This document shows, in pieces, positions 1 to 8,501 of a stretch of DNA of 64,000 nt. Each line of letters begins with the position of its first letter. The stretch's first letter is position 1. The notes beneath the pieces were generated by a model, which worked only from the letters and a program-made list of their open reading frames with translations, was not told the origin of the DNA and did not search any database. The position numbers were made by a program, and so were the translations under genes. Location: positions 2,882 to 66,881 of IMG/VR virus record IMGVR_UViG_3300025853_000068, one strand, 5' to 3'. This DNA comes from a virus.

Positions 1-3000
1 GTCATGTCATTTTGAACCAAAGCGTCTAAAGCTCTACCTTCTACTATAGCAAAGTAAGCGTCTGTGTAATCAGGAGTAGCTGCAAAAGCGTCTTGACTTA
101 CGTGTTTAGGGCTGCCATCTTCGTTCTGTACAAACTTATCAAATGTCTGCTTCAAGTCTGGATCACTCTTAATGTTGGCATCTAAAGACTTAGAGTAAGC
201 TCTTTCAGCTCTAGCTTCTTCTTGTTGCTGTGGTGTTTTTGCTTGCTCAACAATTAGTCCACCAGCTCCTTTAGCCATCATTCTAGTAATAGCAGCGTTA
301 GGCTTATTGTTCTTTATAGAAGTATGCATATCCTTCATAAAGTTTCTAACGTCTTGACTCGTGTCAAGCTGTATATCTCTGCCTAAATAATTCTGTGCAA
401 ACTGTCTAAAAAAATCTTTAAGCTTTTGTAGCGTAGAGTCGTTAAACTCTATATCTCCATCAGCTAACATCTCAGAGGCTATAGTTATTATTTCCTCTCC
501 TCTTCTATCAGCCTTGTATCCAGCTATCCTTTTGTTAAACAACGCGTCTTTTCCAGGTTTGAACTTAATTCCATCGCCGCTCAACATGTCTATAACCCTG
601 TCGCCTAAAGCAGTTCTAATACTTGGGTCGTTTTTCATAGTGTTATACAGTACAGCGTGCACAAACTCGTGGGCTTGTGTGTTAAACTTACCGTTTTCAC
701 CAATAGCTTCTGGGTTTAATTCTATTTGAAAGCCTGTTAGCTTTCTGTCTTTGCCTTCGCCAGTAAACGTAGGTATCATACCTCCATAAACCTTAGTGTT
801 GTTTAGCATTTCTAAAGCGGCTTCACCTTGCCTTTGGCCTTCCTTAGCTTGCTGTAAAACTTCTTTAGCTTCAGCTACGTCCTTAGGTGAAGAGTTAGGA
901 TCATTTATTATATCGTTAGCCGCTTCTTTAAGCCCGTCTTGAAACATAGAAAACTCTTCTACAGACTGCATGCCTTGCCCAAACTCATCTTGAGAAAGAT
1001 TTTCTTGCATTTCCTTATTACTAACCTCTTTAACAGAAATATTTAAAGGACTTCCTAGCTTTTTAAGCTGGGCATTTGTTTTATCTATTAAAAGCTGTTG
1101 TTGCTTTTGGTGCTTTTTAACATCAGAAGGAGGATACTTATTTATTATCTCTTGTCTAGATTTTTCGTTTTTCTTATATCTTTCGTTAAGTCTATCAAGA
1201 TCTCTTTGTTTAACATCGTCTGGCGTAGTTTTATCGTTTACTATCCTGTTATATTCTGCCTGTAGTTTAGAGTTATTTTTATTTAGCTTTAACAGTTGAG
1301 ACTTTTCAGAGTCGCTAAGCATATCAACTCTGTTAGCATCTATCTCTATAAGCTCTTTATTTTTATGTAGTATATCGCCCACCTCAGACTGTAAGTCCGC
1401 TACCTCTTCTTTAGATAAACTGTTTTTACCTTCGTGTAGCTGTCTTTTTATTTCTTGTAGTCTTTGGTTGTTAGCTGCCATAGCATCGCTAGCAGAAACA
1501 GATTTAAAAGGAGCCATCATGTGCTTGAATAACACCGGCGATTTAATGCTACCAGATATAGCTACACCAGAGACGAAAGACTCTGCAACATCATCATATA
1601 TAGTTACGCCTTCTTTGCCAGAAGCCATATCAAATAAGTTACCGCTTATAGTGGCAAGACTTTCAGATCCACCTTCTTCAATAAAGTCTTTACCTGTAGC
1701 TAGTAGAGATCTTTTGTTAAACACGTTTTGTCTAAGGTATCTAGACGCGCCTTCAATACCAGCTTCTCTGGCCGTTGCGACAGTTCCTCTAAGCGCTCCT
1801 TTTACATATTTAATTTGGCCAAACGTAACTCTTTCTGATAATCCTTCAGCCGTACCACTAAGCATTGAATTTGTCCACATGTTCCAAAAACCGTAGTCTG
1901 TTCCTTCAGCGCCGTCTGTGTCTTTGTAAAGAGATCGCTCTTGCTCTAGTTGATCAAACTTTTGTCCAGCAGCAGAGCCTCCCATCATTACTAAACCAGC
2001 TGTACCTCCAGTTAAAGCCATAGCTGTAAGCTGAGGTAGCTGACCACCTAGCATTGTCACAAACCACTCACCTGCGTCTGAAGAGTTTTGTATATCTCCA
2101 AAAGCTACTGGATCTTGAACTTTTTGTCTAAAGTTAGTTTGCCACTCTGATAAAACTTTTTTACCTTGTTCTCTAGCTGTTGGTGTTACTGGGTCGTTGT
2201 CCCAGTCTATACTGTCTGGAGAAGTTATTAATTTTCCAGCATTAATAAATGTTTTTATATATGGGTCAGTTATTATACCTTCTTCAATAGCCCAGTCAGA
2301 TATTTCTCCAAATGGATTAACCATGTAAGCAACTTGATTTAAACCTTTTATCATATCTACAGCACCCATGAAAGCAGCGTTACCTGCTTGCGTTCCAAGC
2401 TGATGGTTTTTTTCAATAAGAGTGGAGTACATATCAAGCTGACCTTGGTCTAAGTTAATATCTTGCATTTGCCTATACGCTGAGCTCATAGCTTCTGATA
2501 TATTTTTATTATCAGATATGTATGTATTATATTTATCTACATTACTTTGGTACTCATCTTTTAGTTTTTGTATTTCAGCATTTGCAGCTTCAACCTCTTC
2601 TTCTGTTTTATATTCTTTGCTTTGTATTTCTTCTATTTTTTTTCTAATAGGAGCTGGATCAATTTTACCTCTTAAAGCTTCAGCGTCTTTTATACTATTA
2701 GAAAAAGCTTCGTTAAGCTTATCTATTCTTGAAACAACTTCTTGCTCTTCTTTGCTTAATGTTGCTAGATGGTTATCTGTTTGATCTTCAAATAATTTTT
2801 GAGTTTCAGCTTTTCTAAACCAACCACCGCCAAGATCTTCTATGTTTTGACTAATGTTTTTATTTTGTGTTTGTCGATTTTTTTGAGCTGTTAATATTGA
2901 ATTAGCTACTTCATTTACTTCTTCATCATCACTACCTATGTTATTGTATATGTCTTTTAAATTAACCACTTCTCCATTAGGCGCAGTGCCTTTTTGAAAG

Positions 3001-4301
3001 TCTTTATTTATAAAGTCAAGGCTATGGTTAGCATTTAAAAACTTATTTAAGTCTTCTCCTTTAAACCCCATAGCTTCAGCATACAACTTCTTAGCCTTAT
3101 TAATTCTAGCGGAAGAGCTTGCAGAACCAACTTGCCCTCTTTCTAGTTCATCAAGCTTTTTTCTTAGCGCTTCTGGTGATTTTTCTGCAAGAGCTTTGTT
3201 AGCCATTTTTTGAATAATAGATTTAGCCAAAGGATCTTGCATCTTTTTATCTATTATATCAGCTCTATATCCGCTTAGTGATTGTCTATATTCAGCTTCT
3301 GCTTTTTTGTACGCTTCTTCTTTATCCTCTTCAGAAACAACATATTCTTGAGACTCTAAAATCTCAACTTGTTTTTTTAAATCCGTATATTCTTTTGTTT
3401 CTTGAGATGACTTTTGTTTATTTTGTGATTTTTGAGCGTTAGTCACACGCGTAGTTTCTGCGTTACCTTCTGCAGCTGTGTTACCTCCTCTAGTAGCGTG
3501 TTTTTTCATAAACTCGTCAACTTCACTCGCAACTCTCTCGTCTTTACTGCCCACCCAACTATCTACGTCAAAGGTTAAGCTAGCTCCATTCAAAGCTGTA
3601 ACAGTTATTGAATCAGTGGTGCTACTTGGATTACTAAAGCTAAAACCGTATTCAGAGTAATCTGCTACAAATCTATCTAAACCTGATTCTCCAAAACCAA
3701 AAAACCAACCACCGTCGTCTGTACCTATTAAATCTTTTGTGACCGTAGGCATTTCGTTTTTAGCCCACTCATTGTCTCTAACTCTTTTTTCTTCAAGAAT
3801 TTTAGACATGTCATCATCAACCTTTTGAGGTTCTCCACTTTCACTAGGTACAGTCCAACCTAGTTTGTGGTCGTATTGATAACCTTCTGGATCTATTATA
3901 GACTCGTTGTTTTCTGTTCTAGTCTTATTTAACTCTTGTATTTTTGCTAAATGAGGATTTTGTTTTTCAAACTCAGCTTGCTGATCTAGTATAGCTTGAG
4001 TTTCTTCATCTACGTTCGACGCCGAAGAAGTATCGTCCGAAGTGGATGCCGTACCGTCTTCCGTCACAGTGGCATCCGCCTGTGTCTCGGCTTTTTTTGG
4101 TGCATACTCTGGAAAAAGCTCTGGAAAAGCTTTGTTAACTTTTTCGTAATCAAACTTGTTATTAACAGCGGTAGTTACATAGTCTTGTATAACTCCTGTG
4201 TCAACACCTTCTAGCTCTGGAAATGCAGCTAAAACTTTATCGTAATCGTAGTCGTTAGCTACAGATGTTGTAACTAAATCTTTTAGTATTTGTTGATCCA
4301 T
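1..4301 (-). CDS. Giant virion/ejected polyvalent protein, N-terminal part (runs off the left edge)
   Basis: ATG at 4301 (MDQQILKDLVTTSVANDYDYDKVLAAFPEL...) directly after the 4303 stop. Absent from the ORF track, consistent with no stop before position 1; frame still reads ...EGRALDALVQNDM at the edge. Zincin-like AHEFVHAVLY near 645-675; duplicated N-terminal xxxFPEL motif. Confidence 0.85.
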   Translation of the reverse strand, partial: MDQQILKDLVTTSVANDYDYDKVLAAFPELEGVDTGVIQDYVTTAVNNKFDYEKVNKAFPELFPEYAPKKAETQADATVTEDGTASTSDDTSSASNVDEETQAILDQQAEFEKQNPHLAKIQELNKTRTENNESIIDPEGYQYDHKLGWTVPSESGEPQKVDDDMSKILEEKRVRDNEWAKNEMPTVTKDLIGTDDGGWFFGFGESGLDRFVADYSEYGFSFSNPSSTTDSITVTALNGASLTFDVDSWVGSKDERVASEVDEFMKKHATRGGNTAAEGNAETTRVTNAQKSQNKQKSSQETKEYTDLKKQVEILESQEYVVSEEDKEEAYKKAEAEYRQSLSGYRADIIDKKMQDPLAKSIIQKMANKALAEKSPEALRKKLDELERGQVGSASSSARINKAKKLYAEAMGFKGEDLNKFLNANHSLDFINKDFQKGTAPNGEVVNLKDIYNNIGSDDEEVNEVANSILTAQKNRQTQNKNISQNIEDLGGGWFRKAETQKLFEDQTDNHLATLSKEEQEVVSRIDKLNEAFSNSIKDAEALRGKIDPAPIRKKIEEIQSKEYKTEEEVEAANAEIQKLKDEYQSNVDKYNTYISDNKNISEAMSSAYRQMQDINLDQGQLDMYSTLIEKNHQLGTQAGNAAFMGAVDMIKGLNQVAYMVNPFGEISDWAIEEGIITDPYIKTFINAGKLITSPDSIDWDNDPVTPTAREQGKKVLSEWQTNFRQKVQDPVAFGDIQNSSDAGEWFVTMLGGQLPQLTAMALTGGTAGLVMMGGSAAGQKFDQLEQERSLYKDTDGAEGTDYGFWNMWTNSMLSGTAEGLSERVTFGQIKYVKGALRGTVATAREAGIEGASRYLRQNVFNKRSLLATGKDFIEEGGSESLATISGNLFDMASGKEGVTIYDDVAESFVSGVAISGSIKSPVLFKHMMAPFKSVSASDAMAANNQRLQEIKRQLHEGKNSLSKEEVADLQSEVGDILHKNKELIEIDANRVDMLSDSEKSQLLKLNKNNSKLQAEYNRIVNDKTTPDDVKQRDLDRLNERYKKNEKSRQEIINKYPPSDVKKHQKQQQLLIDKTNAQLKKLGSPLNISVKEVSNKEMQENLSQDEFGQGMQSVEEFSMFQDGLKEAANDIINDPNSSPKDVAEAKEVLQQAKEGQRQGEAALEMLNNTKVYGGMIPTFTGEGKDRKLTGFQIELNPEAIGENGKFNTQAHEFVHAVLYNTMKNDPSIRTALGDRVIDMLSGDGIKFKPGKDALFNKRIAGYKADRRGEEIITIASEMLADGDIEFNDSTLQKLKDFFRQFAQNYLGRDIQLDTSQDVRNFMKDMHTSIKNNKPNAAITRMMAKGAGGLIVEQAKTPQQQEEARAERAYSKSLDANIKSDPDLKQTFDKFVQNEDGSPKHVSQDAFAATPDYTDAYFAIVEGRALDALVQNDM

Positions 4302-4302
4302 A

Positions 4303-5493
4303 TTATGATTTTGCTAGTCTGTTACTTCCTCCTGCCTTAGTAGAGCCTTTCATGTTTGCAGCTCTTCCTTCAAGGCCAGCTGTTTCTAAAGTTGTTGTTT
4401 CTCTTGCGTCAGAGTACTTTTTATCTTGTTGAGCTACAAATCTAAAAAAGTAGTTCTCTAATACAGATCTACCTATGTTTTCATCTTCTTGTATTTTCTT
4501 TAACATAAACTCTTTGTCTTCTGGAGATATATTGTCGTACCAGTTTGTTTCACCTTCATCAGGGCTTATGTTAAATTCATTTAACTCTTCTGGGCTTAGC
4601 AGCTCTTGATACGTTAAGTTGTCTATTTCACTAGATATATCTTCCATTACACTTCTGCCAGTGCTATCAAGCTTGTCTGCAAACAAAGATTTAAAATCTT
4701 TTGTATTTAAGTTGTTGCTTATTTGTCTTTTAACATCTGCTTCATCAAAAAATCCTCCAGAACCTGCGTTATCTTTTACAGCTTTAGCCATATTGCCTAT
4801 AGCTAAATCAAACTCTGAAGCTTTAGGTACAGTCATTTCTTCTAGTTCAGCTCTTGTACCAGTAAACACATCAGGCGGTCCAGCAGAACCCGCCGGCGGT
4901 GGTATTTCTATTGTGTATACTTTTTCGCCTTTTTCATTTGTAGATATTTGAGACTCTCCAGCATAAAACTTTTCTAACAACGAAACTGTTCTTTGATCAG
5001 TAGCACTACTTACCGTTGATTTATTTTTTCGGGGATCCATGCTAAAATCTTTTAACCCAGTAGCAGATTCAACGTCGCTAGCTGTTTGCGTTTTTATATC
5101 TGCAATATACATATTAAACTCACGCGTCAAGTCAGCGCGCTCTTTGTCATCTGTAGATTCTAATATCTGATTTCTAAGATCTTGAAGCTTGTCATAGCCA
5201 AAGTTATATTCATTGGTGTTAGAACCAGCGCTAATAAAGTCGTCTAGCTTAGTCTGAAGATTACCTTCTAACCTGTCTTGTTCTGCTTTCTGCTCTTTCT
5301 CTAAAGCTTCTTTTTCTTTAGCAGCCTCTTCTATCATCTCAGTTCCTTTGTCAACAGCTACTTGCCCTAACGTTTCACCAAGACCTTTAGTCTTAAACTG
5401 ACCAACTCCAGCGGCCGCTTGTGAAGCTCTGCTTAATCTATTGAGTTCGTTTGCACCTAATCCTAAATTTATACTTGCTCTTTTCTCTGCCAT
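4303..5493 (-). CDS. Putative internal virion (ejection) protein
   Basis: 396 aa, helical and charged; lies between small ejection-like gene and giant protein, the usual podovirus order. Confidence 0.55.
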   Translation of the reverse strand: MAEKRASINLGLGANELNRLSRASQAAAGVGQFKTKGLGETLGQVAVDKGTEMIEEAAKEKEALEKEQKAEQDRLEGNLQTKLDDFISAGSNTNEYNFGYDKLQDLRNQILESTDDKERADLTREFNMYIADIKTQTASDVESATGLKDFSMDPRKNKSTVSSATDQRTVSLLEKFYAGESQISTNEKGEKVYTIEIPPPAGSAGPPDVFTGTRAELEEMTVPKASEFDLAIGNMAKAVKDNAGSGGFFDEADVKRQISNNLNTKDFKSLFADKLDSTGRSVMEDISSEIDNLTYQELLSPEELNEFNISPDEGETNWYDNISPEDKEFMLKKIQEDENIGRSVLENYFFRFVAQQDKKYSDARETTTLETAGLEGRAANMKGSTKAGGSNRLAKS

Positions 5494-5504
5494 ATCTTAT
5501 ATAT

Positions 5505-6110
5505 TTAATCGGGTTGTGGGATTAAACTAGCGCCAGCGCCTGCAATATCACCAATACCAGACATCATTAAGTTTTGAGCATCAGATACAGCTGCTTGTTG
5601 ATTTGCATAGTTGTCAGCAGCCATACCCATTAACGCTTTTGTTTTATCAGCTTCCATTTGTCTAGACATAACATCGCCCTCTCTTTCTAAACCTTGAAGC
5701 CTAGAAGCTTCTTTACGCTCAGCTAATTGGTTGGCTTGCTCTTGCTTGCCTATAGATATAGCTGCTTTACGAGCGTTCTCAGATCCTTGATTTGCTAATG
5801 TTTGAGCTAGCGCTGCAATACCAGATCCACCAGCCGCTCCTCTCATATCCGCCAATATGTTTGCTTGTGACTGCGCTTGTTTCTCGGCCGTAAACTGCGC
5901 TTCTTCTTGGTTGACTGTTAAATCTTCCATTGTGTTTTCCATGTTTTGATACGGATTAGAAGTGTCTAAGTTTTTAAAAGCTTGTTTTTGAGCTTCTAAC
6001 TCTGCTTGCGCTGCTGCTGCCGCTGCCTTAGCTTTCTTCTTTTGAATACCGCCTGATATAGCTTTAGCTGCACCACCTGCAACCGCTAATCCTACTGCTA
6101 CAAATGACAT
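5505..6110 (-). CDS. Putative internal virion (ejection/pilot) protein
   Basis: Ala/Gly/Gln-rich helical protein with hydrophobic Gly-rich N-terminus (MSFVAVGLAVAGGAAKAISGG). Confidence 0.6.
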   Translation of the reverse strand: MSFVAVGLAVAGGAAKAISGGIQKKKAKAAAAAAQAELEAQKQAFKNLDTSNPYQNMENTMEDLTVNQEEAQFTAEKQAQSQANILADMRGAAGGSGIAALAQTLANQGSENARKAAISIGKQEQANQLAERKEASRLQGLEREGDVMSRQMEADKTKALMGMAADNYANQQAAVSDAQNLMMSGIGDIAGAGASLIPQPD

Positions 6111-6111
6111 A

Positions 6112-6729
6112 TTATTTCTTTTTAGTTAATTCAACGTTTAAGCCTAGCTTTTCAGTTAGACTTTGTATTTCATCTAAGCAAACAGCTTCATCATTAAAGC
6201 TTTTTGCTATTACTTCTTCTTCTACTTCTTCTGGAGTTTTCTTGTCTGTAGCATGAACTGTTACAAACGTACAAGGCTCATGAGTATATATAACTCTTTT
6301 TGTGCCTGCTTTAGTAACTCCATGGTGAGGAGCTTCGATGTCTACTATACCGTCTTCTGTAAGTATAGACATTTTGCCACTCATTAAAAAGTATGGGTGG
6401 TCAACCTTATGTATCTTAGTTACTAGCAGCATGTTAGCAGGATTATATATTTCTCTTACGTAACACCCACCAGCAAACGTATGTTTAGTTGGATTTGCTT
6501 TGTGTAGCTCTTCACCAACCATACCACCTTCATTTTCAAGCTGTTCGTGCAGCTCTGTTATTTGTCTTCTATACTCTTGCTTCTTTCTTACTTCTTGAGC
6601 TATCTCCCAAGCTTCATCAAAAGTAAAAGTATGTTTTAGACCCAGCTTCTCTGTTTGTTCTATAAATTGTTTCCTTAAATCTTCTTTTGATAATGGATTA
6701 TTTATAGCTTGATCGTCTATATGCTTCAT
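6112..6729 (-). CDS. Cupin-fold phage protein
   Basis: HTFAGGCYVRE...KIHKVDH...G.KR...VTVH pattern resembling phage cupin-like proteins. Confidence 0.55.
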   Translation of the reverse strand: MKHIDDQAINNPLSKEDLRKQFIEQTEKLGLKHTFTFDEAWEIAQEVRKKQEYRRQITELHEQLENEGGMVGEELHKANPTKHTFAGGCYVREIYNPANMLLVTKIHKVDHPYFLMSGKMSILTEDGIVDIEAPHHGVTKAGTKRVIYTHEPCTFVTVHATDKKTPEEVEEEVIAKSFNDEAVCLDEIQSLTEKLGLNVELTKKK

Positions 6730-6759
6730 TAAATTAAATTTACTATAATATAGTTACAC

Positions 6760-7149
6760 TTAATTGCTACTTTCAAAAGTGTCAACAGTGATATTAAACA
6801 ACTCTGCAAACTTATTAGAGTCATTTTTAAATCTAAACATACCATAGTAGCCTAGCATCGATCCGTATTCGTGACAGTTGTCTTTGCTAAACAACACAAA
6901 TAAGACCTCAGGTCTTTCTGGATTAGGTTTAGGTGTAGGCAGTTGATTAACATATAAGTCTGTAGTAACTGTTATAGTATTGTTAACTCTATCTATAGCT
7001 GTTATTTCTCCTAGCTGAGTTATATCTTGCTGGTTAACGTTAAAGCCACTGTTTGGAACAGCGACCACAGCGTAAGCAATATCACCTACAGATACAGAGT
7101 CTTGTATAGTATATTGAAATTGTAATGTTAGTGTAAATGGAGGAGGCAT
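6760..7149 (-). CDS. Tail-associated structural protein (hypothetical)
   Basis: Beta-rich 129 aa, in operon downstream of muzzle gene. Confidence 0.5.
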   Translation of the reverse strand: MPPPFTLTLQFQYTIQDSVSVGDIAYAVVAVPNSGFNVNQQDITQLGEITAIDRVNNTITVTTDLYVNQLPTPKPNPERPEVLFVLFSKDNCHEYGSMLGYYGMFRFKNDSNKFAELFNITVDTFESSN

Positions 7150-7150
7150 A

Positions 7151-8500
7151 TTATGTTACTGTTATAAAATTATCTACTGCTATAGTAAAGCTTTCGTTAA
7201 CTCTACCAAATCTATCTACTTTAAACAAACCTTTAACTGTTAAAGAGTTTGCTGAAAACGTAGTTGTTAAGTCGTGAAGAGAAACCCTAGCGTCAACTAT
7301 AGGCTCTCGTCTAACGTTTATTGTGTCTTTTTCATATTCATCGTACTGGCTAGCTAAAGGCGTTGATATATCTGTGACATAAGCGTCTCTAGACTTGCTA
7401 GCTGACTTACTGCCACCGCCACCAGAAGGATCAAAAGTTCCAGTTAAAGTAAAATACTTGTAACCTGGCTGGCCGTCCATGTCTGATGATTTTAAATCAG
7501 GCTCTATACCTATGTCTCTAGGCCAAACTAAAGGAGTGTAGGCTTTTGGCTTTTTACCAGGCCTGTCTGTAAATGTTACATCGCTAGCGGCAAAAGTCCA
7601 GTTAGAAGAGTGGCTAGAGCTTGTTAAAGCTAAAGTTATAGTTGTATCTATATATCTTTTAAACTCGTAAGGGTTTTCTTCACTAGGAACTCCATCTGCT
7701 AACACAGTGTTGTTTTTAGGGATAACGTAAAAACTATAGTCAGTATTAACACTAATAGCTGGAAAGTTAATCGAATAAATATTTTTAGGTATATAAATAA
7801 AATCTCCTCCTTCTAAAAGCTCTTTCTCTGTAATATCAAGTATATTCTTTAAACCATCACTAGTATTAGATCTGCTAGAGTATTTTTTAGCAAAAGATCC
7901 AGTTGTAAAGCTATAATAATCGCCGGTAGTTTTATTATACAAAACTAAATCACAATCAGCGTCTTTACCTTTGTTTAAACTAACGTCTACTGCCACAGGG
8001 TCTTTAGTATCTGGAAGCTCAAAGCTTGCGTGGAAAACAACGTTACCATCATTTAAAGAAACATGATCGTTAGCATCAACGTCTCCACCGTTATTTGGAT
8101 AAAAACACGAGCCGTCGTCAGATGTTGCTAGCGGGTTGTAGTTTACAGCGTTTGGATCCGTGCAACCTTTAGCTATTGGAGGGTGCTCTTGCACGGGCTT
8201 TCTATCAATGTCAAGGCGTATTTCCATGAAGTTGTTAACAACAAAGCTAGTGTGGTATACGGCCGCGTTTACAGTGCCGTCGTTGTTGTTTGTAAAAACT
8301 ACTTTTGTTATTTCAGTTGCAACGTTACCACCAATCCAACCGCCTTGCGAAAACACAGCTCCACCAATAGAAAACTCTGTAAAGTCTAGCGCAGCTCCTG
8401 TAATCTCGGATATAGTTAAATTAGCTATTCCAGCTGGAACAACATCTCCTTGAAAAACGTTATAATCAAAATCTGTTACGTTACAATTATCTACAGCCAT
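7151..8500 (-). CDS. Tail-associated protein with one GCTD...DDGSC Cys repeat
   Basis: 449 aa beta-rich; contains GCTDPNAVNYNPLATSDDGSC. Confidence 0.55.
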   Translation of the reverse strand: MAVDNCNVTDFDYNVFQGDVVPAGIANLTISEITGAALDFTEFSIGGAVFSQGGWIGGNVATEITKVVFTNNNDGTVNAAVYHTSFVVNNFMEIRLDIDRKPVQEHPPIAKGCTDPNAVNYNPLATSDDGSCFYPNNGGDVDANDHVSLNDGNVVFHASFELPDTKDPVAVDVSLNKGKDADCDLVLYNKTTGDYYSFTTGSFAKKYSSRSNTSDGLKNILDITEKELLEGGDFIYIPKNIYSINFPAISVNTDYSFYVIPKNNTVLADGVPSEENPYEFKRYIDTTITLALTSSSHSSNWTFAASDVTFTDRPGKKPKAYTPLVWPRDIGIEPDLKSSDMDGQPGYKYFTLTGTFDPSGGGGSKSASKSRDAYVTDISTPLASQYDEYEKDTINVRREPIVDARVSLHDLTTTFSANSLTVKGLFKVDRFGRVNESFTIAVDNFITVT

Positions 8501-8501
8501 A

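Noticed and set aside
514-4214. Plus-strand ORFs in the track across 514-4214 and similar antisense ORFs throughout both blocks
   Set aside because: They are shadows of long opposite-strand genes (Ser/Leu/Phe-rich, no leaders)
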